The position numbers and the translations under genes are program-made. Positions 1 through 8,875 of a stretch of 28,487 nucleotides of DNA are shown here, piece after piece. The stretch comes from a virus (taxonomy: Duplodnaviria; Caudoviricetes). Each line of letters opens with the position of its first letter. The first letter of the stretch is position 1. The stretch lies in IMG/VR virus record IMGVR_UViG_3300011337_000054, positions 1 to 28,487 of that record. One strand, written 5' to 3'. The notes beneath the pieces are model-generated. The model was not told the DNA's origin and did no database searches. It was given only the letters and a program-made list of their open reading frames with translations.

Positions 1-1
1 T

Positions 2-154
2 TACAAGTGGAAGACAAGCCTTCCAGATGAAACTGCAAAACGTGAGCAGGCGTGGTTAATGATTCAAGTCATTGACAACCTGCGAACTGAACTGAAGAAA
101 ATGGTGGATAACGGCTGGATTGAGCGCAAGAAAATTGAGCGTTCAAAGAAATGA
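2..154 (+). CDS. 3' end of small phage protein upstream of the scaffold gene (partial)
   Basis: Open frame from the window edge reads YKWKTSLPDETAKREQAWLMIQVIDNLRTELKKMVDNGWIERKKIERSKK, with TGA at 152-154. It sits where a small gene usually lies between portal and scaffold. Not in the ORF track. Confidence 0.7.
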   Translation, partial: YKWKTSLPDETAKREQAWLMIQVIDNLRTELKKMVDNGWIERKKIERSKK

Positions 155-167
155 AAGGAACTGAAAC

Positions 168-1109
168 ATGGATAATTTAAATATTGCCAATGCGGCAAGT
201 GCAATTGACGCGATGTTGCCATCGGAAGGTGGGGACCAGCAGGACGTTGAGTTGCAGGATGAGTTGACGCAAGTTGACTCAGCGGCTCCAGAAGAGGAAT
301 TGCAAGACTCTGATGGGGAACAGTCTGATGAGGCTGAGGCCGAGGAGGAGGAGGACAAGCCACCTGTGTTCACCGTCAAAGTAGACGGCAAGAATGTCGA
401 GGTCACGCTTGAAGAACTCCAAAAGGGCTACAGCCGAGAAGCAGACTACACCCGCAAGACTCAGCAAGTGTCCGAGGAACGAAGAGCGTTCCAGGCAGAG
501 GCTGAACTTGTGCGGACGGAGCGCCAGCAGTATGCTCAGTTACTGGGTTCATTGCAGGCTCAACTTCAGCAAAACGCTGCACCACAGGTCGATATGGATC
601 GTCTTTACAGTGAAGACCCAATCGAGTGGGTGCGGCAAAAGGAACTTGCAAGAGATGCCGAGAAAGTACACGCTGCTATCGTTTCCGAAAAGCAGCGACT
701 CTCTCACATCCAGGCGCAAGAGCAATATGAGTCTATGCAGGCACACCTTGCACAACAGCAAGATGCCATGCTCAAAGCCATTCCCGAGTGGGCTAACCCC
801 GACAAGGCGAAGGCTGAAAAGACGTTGCTGATTGAGTGGGGACAGAAGCTAGGCTTTTCCTCTGACGAGCTGAAGAATATTTTTGACCACCGAGCTGTCG
901 TTGCGCTGCGTAAAGCGGCACTGTACGACCAGATGATGACCAAGAGGGGCAACATCAGGCCAGCGGTCAACAATGGGCCTAAACCCGCCAAGCCAGGTGC
1001 AGCGGGGAGAATGGACAACACAACTGACTCAAGAAGGTCGCAACAACGTCTTGCTAAAACTGGTCGCGTCAACGATGCGGCTTCCGCAATTGAACACTTA
1101 TTGAGGTAA
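168..1109 (+). CDS. Capsid scaffolding protein
   Basis: Acidic N-terminus, VKVDGKNVEVTLEELQKGYSREADYTRKTQ motif, coiled coil, C-terminal RLAKTGRVNDAASAI; AAGGAA RBS; directly upstream of the capsid gene. Confidence 0.85.
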   Translation: MDNLNIANAASAIDAMLPSEGGDQQDVELQDELTQVDSAAPEEELQDSDGEQSDEAEAEEEEDKPPVFTVKVDGKNVEVTLEELQKGYSREADYTRKTQQVSEERRAFQAEAELVRTERQQYAQLLGSLQAQLQQNAAPQVDMDRLYSEDPIEWVRQKELARDAEKVHAAIVSEKQRLSHIQAQEQYESMQAHLAQQQDAMLKAIPEWANPDKAKAEKTLLIEWGQKLGFSSDELKNIFDHRAVVALRKAALYDQMMTKRGNIRPAVNNGPKPAKPGAAGRMDNTTDSRRSQQRLAKTGRVNDAASAIEHLLR

Positions 1110-1113
1110 TCAA

Positions 1114-2076
1114 ATGACTATCGTTACTAACACGTTCACGACATACTCTGCAAAGGGTATTCGTGAAAATCTTGCAAATATCATCTACAACATCTCACCA
1201 GAGGAGACGCCGTTCCAATCCAACATTGGAAAAGACAACGTGCAAAACACTTTGTACGAGTGGCAGACTGATGCGCTCCAAGCTGCGGCTACCAACGCGC
1301 AGCTTGAGGGTGATGACATTGGCACTTATGACCCTGTTACCGCAACGGTGCGGATGCAGAACTACTGCCAGATCAGCCGCAAAACGGTTGTGCTGTCAGC
1401 CACTGAGGAAGTTGTCAACAAAGCAGGACGTAAGTCTGAACTTGCATACCAACTTGCAAAGAAGGGCGCGGAGTTGAAGCGTGATATGGAATTGGTGATG
1501 GTCCAGAGCCAAGTTGCAAGTGCAGGTAGCACATCTGCTGCCCGTACCACTGGCTCTGTTCTGGCCTTCATCAAGACCAATACTGATGTTGGAACATCTG
1601 GAGCTGACCCGTCTTACTCAACGCTGCCAAACAGCTTGCGTACCGATGGAACTGTTCGGACCTTCACTGAAACCATTCTGAAGAATGTGATTCAAAAGAC
1701 TTGGACCAGTGGCGGTACACCGAAAATCCTGATGACAGGCCCGGTGAACAAGCAGCGTGTGAGTGGTTTTGCAGGCATTGCTGCAACCCGCTACAACATC
1801 GAAGGTGGCGCTAAGCCTGCCACTATCGTGGGGGCCGCAGACGTTTATGTGAGCGACTTTGGCAATGTGACCGTGGTGGCAAACAGGTTCCAACGTGAAC
1901 GTGATGGCTTGGTGTTAGACCCGGAGTACGCCTCTGTTGCGTACCTGCGTCCTTTTCAGCAGATTGAGCTGGCAAAGACGGGTGACGCTGAAAAGCGTTT
2001 GTTGATTGTTGAGTATGGCCTCAAGATCACAAGTGAGAATGCTCACGGTCTTGCTGCTGATTTGACAACTTCCTAA
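1114..2076 (+). CDS. Major capsid protein (DUF5309/SU10-like, HK97 fold)
   Basis: GIRENLANIIYNISPEETPF, EWQTDAL, NYCQISRKTV, AGRKSELAYQLAKKGAELKRDME and LAKTGDAEK motifs; 320 aa; follows the scaffold. Confidence 0.92.
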   Translation: MTIVTNTFTTYSAKGIRENLANIIYNISPEETPFQSNIGKDNVQNTLYEWQTDALQAAATNAQLEGDDIGTYDPVTATVRMQNYCQISRKTVVLSATEEVVNKAGRKSELAYQLAKKGAELKRDMELVMVQSQVASAGSTSAARTTGSVLAFIKTNTDVGTSGADPSYSTLPNSLRTDGTVRTFTETILKNVIQKTWTSGGTPKILMTGPVNKQRVSGFAGIAATRYNIEGGAKPATIVGAADVYVSDFGNVTVVANRFQRERDGLVLDPEYASVAYLRPFQQIELAKTGDAEKRLLIVEYGLKITSENAHGLAADLTTS

Positions 2077-2081
2077 AAGGA

Positions 2082-2111
2082 GGGGTGGGCCAGGGCAACC
2101 TGGTCCACCTT
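2082..2111 (+). terminator. Stem-loop after the capsid gene (probable attenuator or partial terminator)
   Basis: GGGGTGGGCCAGG-GCAA-CCTGGTCCACCTT forms a 13-bp stem with G-U pairs and a GNRA loop. The U tail is weak. Confidence 0.6.
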
Positions 2112-2117
2112 CAAAAG

Positions 2118-2432
2118 ATGGAAACACGAATTTTTGACAGAAACGAGACAACAGGCATCACCAGGCTCTGGCACTACAACCCAGAAACTGATGAGGCAAC
2201 CATTGAGACTCAGCAAGATGTCTCTAATGTGGTGGAGGAGAACAAGGACCAATTCAATGCCACCGACAACAAGGCCAACTGGACAGGCGAGTGGCACAAG
2301 GTGGCAAGCATTCCATTGAACATTTATTACGAGCTGCAGGCCAGCGGCAAGATCACAGATCAGGCTTACATGAGGCGCTGGCTCAATGACCCAGACAACA
2401 GATTCTTCAGAACAAGGCCAGGACAAGTATGA
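2118..2432 (+). CDS. Hypothetical phage head-region protein
   Basis: METRIFDRNETTG...WHKVASIPLNIYYEL...WLNDPDNRFFRTRPG. ATG at 2118 preferred because the upstream GTG lies inside the hairpin. ATGA overlap with the next gene. Confidence 0.75.
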   Translation: METRIFDRNETTGITRLWHYNPETDEATIETQQDVSNVVEENKDQFNATDNKANWTGEWHKVASIPLNIYYELQASGKITDQAYMRRWLNDPDNRFFRTRPGQV

Positions 2433-3058
2433 CAATCATTGCGGTCTGCACCCCAGCGCGGGATATGGTTCACACCCAATATGCCTATTGCCTTACCAAC
2501 ATGGTGGCCTACCACGCCTGCAACACCGATGACCGCATTGACCTCAAAATTATGCAGGGTACGCTGATTCAGAATCAACGGGCAGAGCTGGCGCTGGACG
2601 CCATGCGAGAGGGCTGCAGCCACATCCTGTTTATTGACTCAGACATGACCTTCCCCCAGGACATGATTCAGCGGCTGCTGGCGCATGACCTTGACATTGT
2701 GGCAACCAACTGCGCTAGGCGCAGGATGCCGACAGGCCCAACTGCCAAGATTGGCAACAAGCTGGTGTACAGCACCCTAGAGGACCACGGGCTGCAGGAG
2801 GTGGACACCATCGGGATGGGGGTAATGATGATCAAAGCAGACGTCTTCCGCAAGATGGTTGAGCCTTGGTTTGAGACGCCCTGGCGCAATGACAAGCGAG
2901 GCTACATTGGCGAGGATGTCTTCTTCTGCCTCAAGGCCAAGGAAATTGGGTATAAAATCTACATCGACCATGATGTCTCCCGAGAAATAGGTCACATTGG
3001 GACCTTTGAATTTCGGCACGAGCATACCTGGGTAGTCAAGGATTTGCAGGAGGCATGA
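2429..3058 (+). CDS. GT-A fold (GT2-like) glycosyltransferase
   Basis: Initial beta strand IIAVCTPAR, DxD motif in SHILFIDSDM, GMGVMMIK, GEDVFFC acceptor/base motif, and GYKIYIDHDV...GHIG. Confidence 0.8.
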   Translation: MTIIAVCTPARDMVHTQYAYCLTNMVAYHACNTDDRIDLKIMQGTLIQNQRAELALDAMREGCSHILFIDSDMTFPQDMIQRLLAHDLDIVATNCARRRMPTGPTAKIGNKLVYSTLEDHGLQEVDTIGMGVMMIKADVFRKMVEPWFETPWRNDKRGYIGEDVFFCLKAKEIGYKIYIDHDVSREIGHIGTFEFRHEHTWVVKDLQEA

Positions 3059-3682
3059 ATGGCACTCTCCACCTACGCAGAGCTGAAAACATCAGTTGCG
3101 GATTGGCTCAATAGATCAGACCTGACAGCGGCAATTGCTGACTTTGTGACCCTTGCTGAGTCGCAAATTGAGCGCGTCCTGCGAAACAGGAATATGCTAA
3201 CCCGAGGGACGGGCAACATTACCACCGAATACACCACGCTGCCCACCGACTTTCTTGATGGGTTGACGTTGAAACTGACGGGGACCAACCCCATCACACC
3301 ATTGCAATATGAGACTCTCAACAACCTAGACCAGCTGCAAAATACCACCTACCTGTCGGCAGGCAAGCCACTTTTCTATGCCATTGTTGGTAGCACTTTT
3401 AGAGTCTTGCCAACACCAGACACAACCTACGCCTACGAGCTTGACTACTACGCCAAGCTCGCCAAGTTGAGCGCAACCAACACGACCAACTGGCTGCTGA
3501 CCCAGGCACCAGACATCTACCTGTACGGCTCACTGCTGCAGGCTGCGCCTTACCTGCAGAATGATGAGCGCATACCCGTCTGGGTGGCACTCTACACCAA
3601 GGGCATTGATGACTTACGCCTCGCTGACAACAGATCGACACAGGCCGGGACTATGCTCGCAAGAGCAAGAACACTAGGATAA
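3059..3682 (+). CDS. Head-tail adaptor / tail tubular protein A-like
   Basis: TYAELKTSVADWLNRSDLT, FVTLAESQIERVLR and NWLLTQAPDIYLYGSLLQAAPYL motifs; 207 aa; synteny. Confidence 0.8.
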   Translation: MALSTYAELKTSVADWLNRSDLTAAIADFVTLAESQIERVLRNRNMLTRGTGNITTEYTTLPTDFLDGLTLKLTGTNPITPLQYETLNNLDQLQNTTYLSAGKPLFYAIVGSTFRVLPTPDTTYAYELDYYAKLAKLSATNTTNWLLTQAPDIYLYGSLLQAAPYLQNDERIPVWVALYTKGIDDLRLADNRSTQAGTMLARARTLG

Positions 3683-3685
3683 ATC

Positions 3686-5551
3686 ATGGCAGATACCACC
3701 ACCACAAACCTACTACTGACCAAGCCAGAGGTAGGGGCCAGCACCGACACCTGGGGCACCAAGGTCAACACTGACCTAGACCTGGTAGATGCACTGTTTG
3801 CAGCGGCTGGCACAGGCACATCAGTTGGCCTGAATGTCGGCGCTGGCAAGACGCTGACAGTTGCCGGGACGCTGACAGCCACAGGCACCACCAGCCTGAC
3901 ATCACCAGCTGCAACCACCAGCATCACAACACCATCTACCACTTTTGCTTTGGTCAACACCACGGCAACCACAGTCAACCTGGCTGGCGCTGCCACTGCC
4001 GTGAACATCGGTGCAGCCACTGGCACTACCACTGTTGCTAACACCACACTGGCTGCAAAGGCCATCACAGCCAGCACCACCCTGGCGGTAACTGGGACAT
4101 CCACACTGACGGGTGCAGTCACCGCAACCGCTGGTGTGACAGGTCCAATCACATCAAGTAGCGTTGCCATTACTGGCGGCAGCATCACAGGCATCACCGA
4201 CCTAGCAGTGGCTGACGGTGGCACAGGCGCATCAACAGCAGCCGCAGCACTCAACAACCTGCTGCCATCACAGACATCTGCCGCCAGCAAGTACCTGCAG
4301 AGCGATGGCACCAACGCAAGTTGGGATGCAGTCAGCCTGTCCACTGCTGACATCACAGGCACTCTGGGCGTTGCCAACGGTGGCACAGGCCAGACCAGTT
4401 TTACCAATGGTCAGCTACTCATTGGCAATAGCACGGGCAACACGCTGACACCCGCAACACTCACTGCTGGCTCTGGTGTGACTATCACCAACGGCAGCGG
4501 TGCCATTACTGTTGCATTCACCGGGCCAGGCGCTGGTTCAGTCACCAGCGTGGATGTCTCTGGTGGCACCACAGGCTTGACTACTTCGGGTGGTCCTATT
4601 ACTGGCTCTGGCACCATTACCCTGGCAGGAACGCTGGCAGTTGCCAACGGCGGTACTGGAGTTACGACAAGTACTGGCTCTGGCAACACTGTGCTGTCAA
4701 CTTCACCCACCCTAGTCACGCCTTTGCTTGGCACTCCAACCAGCGGAGTTGCAACCAACCTGACGGGCTTACCCCTAACGACAGGCGTCACTGGCACATT
4801 GCCTGTTGCCAATGGCGGTACAGGTCAAACCACGTTGGCGGCGGCTGGTATTGCTACACTTACAGGCACAGAGACGCTGACAAATAAGACGCTGACTGCG
4901 CCGACTATTGCATCAGCTAACTTGACAACGGCACTAACGCTTGCGGGTGCGGCTGGCACTAACGGGCAGGTGCTGACAAGTGCTGGGTCTGGTTTGCCGT
5001 CATGGACAACGCCAAGTGCAGGTGCTTTAACTTTTCTTTCAGCTGTCAGTGCTTCCGCTGCCGCCACAGTTGATATGGAAACAACCTTCAGTAGCACTTA
5101 CGATGCTTATATGCTTGTTTGTGCAGGTGTCACTTTTACCACTAACAACACTTTTTTCGGTGCGCGTATGAAAATTAGCGGCTCTTATGTTACTTCTGGT
5201 TATGGGTATAACGTCATTACTTCCTTAGAGAATACAACAGCAGACTCGGTTTTGACAGAAGCGGTTACTGCTCCTGCTAATGCCACAGAACTACGTTGTG
5301 CTCCCTTTGTTGGAGCCAATAATTCTAGTGAATCCTTAAATGTAACATTTAGAATTTATAACCCAACCAGCACGACCGCACAAAAAATGATGGATTGGAC
5401 AGGGAGTTATATTAGTGGTAATTCAATTATGAGAATGTGTTTTGGCATGGGCAGAAACACAGGAACAGGGGCTTTAACAGGGGTTCGTTTATACCCACAA
5501 TCGGGAACTATGTCAGGAAAATTCCGACTCTACGGCATTGCCAATTCATAA
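3686..5551 (+). CDS. Tail fibre / receptor-binding protein
   Basis: N-terminal anchor [28 protein letters not shown], Thr/Gly-rich shaft with four L.V..GGTG repeats, [11 protein letters not shown] motif, globular C-terminus ending SGKFRLYGI; followed by a chaperone gene. Confidence 0.85.
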   Translation: MADTTTTNLLLTKPEVGASTDTWGTKVNTDLDLVDALFAAAGTGTSVGLNVGAGKTLTVAGTLTATGTTSLTSPAATTSITTPSTTFALVNTTATTVNLAGAATAVNIGAATGTTTVANTTLAAKAITASTTLAVTGTSTLTGAVTATAGVTGPITSSSVAITGGSITGITDLAVADGGTGASTAAAALNNLLPSQTSAASKYLQSDGTNASWDAVSLSTADITGTLGVANGGTGQTSFTNGQLLIGNSTGNTLTPATLTAGSGVTITNGSGAITVAFTGPGAGSVTSVDVSGGTTGLTTSGGPITGSGTITLAGTLAVANGGTGVTTSTGSGNTVLSTSPTLVTPLLGTPTSGVATNLTGLPLTTGVTGTLPVANGGTGQTTLAAAGIATLTGTETLTNKTLTAPTIASANLTTALTLAGAAGTNGQVLTSAGSGLPSWTTPSAGALTFLSAVSASAAATVDMETTFSSTYDAYMLVCAGVTFTTNNTFFGARMKISGSYVTSGYGYNVITSLENTTADSVLTEAVTAPANATELRCAPFVGANNSSESLNVTFRIYNPTSTTAQKMMDWTGSYISGNSIMRMCFGMGRNTGTGALTGVRLYPQSGTMSGKFRLYGIANS

Positions 5552-5560
5552 GGACACATC

Positions 5561-5842
5561 ATGCCAAACCATCACGCAACATCAGAAGGCAATGTCCCGT
5601 TCACATTAGAAGAAGAAGCGGAATGGGATGCAAAAGAAGCAGCATGGGATGCTGGCGCAGACTCCCGCAAGGGCGCAGAAATTAGGGCAGAGCGAAACGC
5701 CAAGTTAGCTGTAACGGATTGGACTCAGATCACTGATGCTACCGTTGACAAGACTACATGGGCTATTTACCGCCAAGCACTGCGCGACGTAACCGCACAG
5801 GCTGGTTTCCCTTGGACTATTACTTGGCCTGACGCACCATGA
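5561..5842 (+). CDS. Tail fibre assembly chaperone
   Basis: IRAERNAKLAVTDWTQ...WAIYRQALRDVTAQAGFPWTITWP pattern of phage tail assembly chaperones. Confidence 0.85.
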   Translation: MPNHHATSEGNVPFTLEEEAEWDAKEAAWDAGADSRKGAEIRAERNAKLAVTDWTQITDATVDKTTWAIYRQALRDVTAQAGFPWTITWPDAP

Positions 5843-6048
5843 CCGAGAAAATGATCACCGAAACCGAGGCAAAACTGCTTACGCATGAGCAAGTTTGCGT
5901 TGAGCGTTACGCTGGCATCCAGAAAAGTTTTGCTGATGGCTCCAAGCGCATGACCCGCATTGAATACCTGCTGTATGGTGTGATCGTTGCCGTGCTGTTT
6001 GGCCCCGGTGTAGCGGCTGAGTTTGTCAAGAAAGTATTAGGTTTGTAA
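5839..6048 (+). CDS. Small membrane protein (holin/XhlA-like)
   Basis: HEQVCVERY coiled coil followed by a C-terminal hydrophobic helix; ATGA overlap. Confidence 0.7.
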   Translation: MTEKMITETEAKLLTHEQVCVERYAGIQKSFADGSKRMTRIEYLLYGVIVAVLFGPGVAAEFVKKVLGL

Positions 6049-6049
6049 T

Positions 6050-6196
6050 GTGGATTTTTTTGACATTCTCAGCAAAGCATGGCCCATACTGCTGGCAATC
6101 ATCACGCTGATCATTGTGCTGGCTAAACTTGACCTGAGAGTGGCTGTGCTGGAGGAAAAGGTAAAACAGTTATTTGAAATGTGGAATAAGAAATGA
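6050..6196 (+). CDS. 48-aa membrane protein (not in ORF track)
   Basis: GTG start gives MDFFDILSKAWPILLAIITLIIVLAKLDLRVAVLEEKVKQLFEMWNKK, a TM helix plus coiled coil. It fills the gap exactly and has an ATGA overlap with the next gene. Confidence 0.75.
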   Translation: MDFFDILSKAWPILLAIITLIIVLAKLDLRVAVLEEKVKQLFEMWNKK

Positions 6197-6672
6197 TTGA
6201 CCCGCTAACCGCATTTGCTGTTGCACAGGGTGCAATCAAAGGAGTGCAAGCCGCTATCAAGATGGGCAAGGACATCAACGCCATCTCTGGCGACTTGATG
6301 AAGTTTTTTGAGGCCAAGGATGTCATTGCGAAAGAGTCGGTAAAGAAGAAACCAAAAGGGTTTGGTCAGAGCGATACGGCGGTGGCGTTTGAAACAGTCA
6401 TGCAGCTCAAGCAGCTGCAAGACGCAGAGAATGAGTTAAAGCAGATGCTGATTTGGTCTGGCAATGACGATGTTTGGAACGCCTTGATGCTGGAGCGCAA
6501 CCGCATGGTTGCCGAGCGCAAGAAAGCAGAGGCTGAAGTGGCTCATGCCAAAGCGGTGAGAGCCGAAGAGATTAGCGACATTATTAACATTGGACTTTGG
6601 GCCTCGCTGGTGGCGTCAATTGTTGGCCTGGTGGCATATTTGACTTGGCAAATTGTTGGGGATGGAAGATGA
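6193..6672 (+). CDS. Hypothetical protein with C-terminal TM helix
   Basis: MIDPLTAFAVAQGAIKGVQAAIKMGKDI N-terminus, coiled coil, hydrophobic C-terminus. Confidence 0.75.
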   Translation: MIDPLTAFAVAQGAIKGVQAAIKMGKDINAISGDLMKFFEAKDVIAKESVKKKPKGFGQSDTAVAFETVMQLKQLQDAENELKQMLIWSGNDDVWNALMLERNRMVAERKKAEAEVAHAKAVRAEEISDIINIGLWASLVASIVGLVAYLTWQIVGDGR

Positions 6673-6896
6673 AAGCTAAGTTAACTTTTCTTGTCACGTT
6701 GATGGTCAGCATGACCCTGTGTATTGTTGTTCTGTCAATGTCTGGTGTCATGTTGCTTGGATTGTTTGACGACAAGGTGGACAACAACAAGATTTTTGAA
6801 CTTGTTGGCCCTGCATTTCAAACCATTGTCGGCGGCTTCATTGGCTTACTTGCCGGAATTAAACTGTCTCACGACGAGGGCGAAAAGAAATGCTGA
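6669..6896 (+). CDS. Two-TM membrane protein
   Basis: ATG at 6669 overlaps the upstream stop; two hydrophobic segments. Confidence 0.7.
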   Translation: MKAKLTFLVTLMVSMTLCIVVLSMSGVMLLGLFDDKVDNNKIFELVGPAFQTIVGGFIGLLAGIKLSHDEGEKKC

Positions 6897-7381
6897 CCTT
6901 ACTCTCCACCCTAGTTTCCTTTCTTGCTGGTGGCCTGCCCAAACTGCTGGGTTTCTTCCAAGATCGTGCTGACAAAAAGCATGAAATGGCAATGGCCCAG
7001 TTGCAGATCGAGCGTGAACTGGAACTACGCAAAGCTGGGTTTGAGGCCCAGCAGCGGGTGGAGGAGATAAAAGTCGAAGGTCAGGCCATCGAAGCAGAAG
7101 CATCAGAACGCGCTGCACTTTACGCACACGACATAGCCATCGGTCAGGGTGCTAGTCAGTGGATGATTAACCTGCGCTCTGGTGTGCGCCCGATACTGAC
7201 CTATGGATTTTTTCTGTTGTTTTCCTTTGTGGAGATCGGCGGCTTTGTGTACGCATGGCAGCGGGACATTGCTTTTGATGTGTTGATTGCCAAACTGTGG
7301 GATGCCGACACTCAGATCATCTTCGCCAGCATCATCAGTTTTCACTTTGGTGGCAGAGCGTTCAAAGGTGGCAAAGATTGA
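6890..7381 (+). CDS. Holin-like protein (GTA 3TM holin-like)
   Basis: WMINLRSGVRPILTYGFF...IISFHFGGRAF motif; upstream of the endolysin. Confidence 0.7.
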   Translation: MLTLLSTLVSFLAGGLPKLLGFFQDRADKKHEMAMAQLQIERELELRKAGFEAQQRVEEIKVEGQAIEAEASERAALYAHDIAIGQGASQWMINLRSGVRPILTYGFFLLFSFVEIGGFVYAWQRDIAFDVLIAKLWDADTQIIFASIISFHFGGRAFKGGKD

Positions 7382-7419
7382 AAGTCTCAGATCGCTGCAA
7401 GGAGATTGAGGCATTAGAC

Positions 7420-7959
7420 ATGTACTCTGTCTACCATATTCATGTTGACCCTAATCTTAGTAGCGGATACGTAGGAATTAGTAAAAATGTAAAACTAAGA
7501 TTTGCTCAACATGGGTGGAAACGTAAAAACACAAACAATCATTTACAAAACGCCTTAGCCAAATACGGCAATACGGTTAAGTTTTCTGTATTGGCAAACG
7601 AGTTAGATTATGAGGCGGCGTCTTTGTTGGAAAAAATGTTACGCCCAAACCCCAATATGGGATGGAACATTTCTACAGGCGGTAATATTCCGCCAAATCC
7701 TCAAGGCAAGTTACGGTCAAAAGAATATCGAGCAAACATTGCAAAAGCCAAACTGGGTAAAAATAACCCCATGTTTGGTAAAAAAATGGTATTTAGTGAA
7801 GAACACAGAAAAAATTTATCTGTCGCTGGAAAAGGAAAAACAAGCGCATTAAAAGGAGTAAAACGTCCTACAACAATATGTCCACATTGTGGGATAAGTG
7901 GTGGCGTTGGAGCTATGGGTAGATGGCATTTTAATAGGTGCAAAAATGCGAGTATCTGA
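7420..7959 (+). CDS. Free-standing GIY-YIG homing endonuclease with NUMOD3-like repeats and C-terminal Cys/His knuckle (may start at TTG 7378)
   Basis: SVY-x11-YVG, RFAQH, LQNALAKYG, LEK and WNISTGG motifs; NPMFGKK...SEEHRKNLS; CPHCG...RWHFNRCK; visibly AT-rich relative to its flanks. Confidence 0.85.
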   Translation: MYSVYHIHVDPNLSSGYVGISKNVKLRFAQHGWKRKNTNNHLQNALAKYGNTVKFSVLANELDYEAASLLEKMLRPNPNMGWNISTGGNIPPNPQGKLRSKEYRANIAKAKLGKNNPMFGKKMVFSEEHRKNLSVAGKGKTSALKGVKRPTTICPHCGISGGVGAMGRWHFNRCKNASI

Positions 7960-8422
7960 GAAAGCGTTGGCGTGTATACGCCATCACGAGGGCGTGAGGT
8001 TTAAACCATACCGTTGCCCAGCAAAACTTTGGACTGTAGGAGTAGGCCATGTTTTATACCCGGATCAAGGACGTTTACCGTTGGATCAGAGAGACGCTTT
8101 CCAGCTTGCGCCGGAGGATAGCCGTACTTTTTCAGCGGGGGAAGTAGATGGAATCCTTAGTGTTGATCTCCAGCGATTTGAGGTTGGGGTCGCCAGACTT
8201 TTTCCTATGGTGCTTACCCAAGGTCAAAACGATGCTCTTGTCAGCTTTGCTTTTAATTTGGGTCTGGGGGGCGTACAGCGAAGCACCCTCCGTTCAAAGG
8301 TTCTTAGGGGCGAGACGCAAGAAGCTGCGGATGAGTTCTTGAAGTTTACGAGGGGTGGGGGTAAAATTCTTCCAGGATTAGTCAAGCGTAGAAATGATGA
8401 GCGAGCTTTATTTTTATCTTAG
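7946..8422 (+). CDS. Endolysin, phage lysozyme (GH24)
   Basis: HEGVRFKPYRCPAKLWTVGVGH (E-x8-C-x5-T), QNDALVSFAFNLG and LPGLVKRRNDERALF motifs; ATG at 7946. Confidence 0.92.
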   Translation: MRVSEKALACIRHHEGVRFKPYRCPAKLWTVGVGHVLYPDQGRLPLDQRDAFQLAPEDSRTFSAGEVDGILSVDLQRFEVGVARLFPMVLTQGQNDALVSFAFNLGLGGVQRSTLRSKVLRGETQEAADEFLKFTRGGGKILPGLVKRRNDERALFLS

Positions 8423-8434
8423 CGGAGAAGCAAA

Positions 8435-8581
8435 ATGAAACCTGGACTTTATGCCAACATCCACGCCAAGCAAGAACGCATCAAAGCTGGCTCCAAGGAA
8501 AAGATGAACAAGGTCGGCAGCAAAGCAGCGCCAAGCGCCAAGGACTTTAAGCAAGCAGCTAAGACAGCCAAGAAAAAATGA
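8435..8581 (+). CDS. 48-aa Lys-rich basic protein (not in ORF track)
   Basis: MKPGLYANIHAKQERIKAGSKEKMNKVGSKAAPSAKDFKQAAKTAKKK; GGAG RBS; ATGA overlap with the next gene. Confidence 0.8.
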   Translation: MKPGLYANIHAKQERIKAGSKEKMNKVGSKAAPSAKDFKQAAKTAKKK

Positions 8582-8868
8582 AGACTCCAACCTGGCAGCG
8601 CAAGGAGGGACAGAACCCCAAGGGTGGGTTGAATGCTGCTGGACGGGCAAGCCTCAAGGCGGCTGGGCAAAACATCAAGCCACCCGTCAAGTCTGGTGAC
8701 AACCCTAGACGCGCAAGTTTCCTTGCAAGGATGGGCAATATGCCGGGTCCAGAGCGCAAGAACGGTGAACCCACCCGGCTGCTGCTGAGTCTCAATGCCT
8801 GGGGTGCCAGCAGCAAGGCAGACGCCAAGGCCAAGGCCAATGCCATCTCAGCTCGAAACAAGAAATGA
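8578..8868 (+). CDS. Small basic phage protein (DUF6321-like)
   Basis: WQRKEGQNPKGGLNAAGRAS and RRASFLARMG motifs. Confidence 0.75.
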   Translation: MKTPTWQRKEGQNPKGGLNAAGRASLKAAGQNIKPPVKSGDNPRRASFLARMGNMPGPERKNGEPTRLLLSLNAWGASSKADAKAKANAISARNKK

Positions 8869-8875
8869 CACCACC

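Noticed and set aside
3592-4407. 271-aa antisense ORF, and other long shadow ORFs in the track
   Set aside because: It mirrors the Thr/Ala/Gly codon bias of the tail fibre gene and has no RBS or recognisable motif.
3686-5551. Diversity-generating retroelement acting on the tail fibre
   Set aside because: I found no reverse transcriptase and no template/variable repeat pair differing at adenines.
7378-7959. Group I intron in the endolysin gene
   Set aside because: The ORF fills the whole interval and leaves no room for a ribozyme core, and the downstream endolysin is complete with its own ATG.
7985-8035. Cys in place of Asp in the lysozyme catalytic triad as a sign of inactivation
   Set aside because: E-x8-C-x5-T is a known active variant of T4-like lysozymes.
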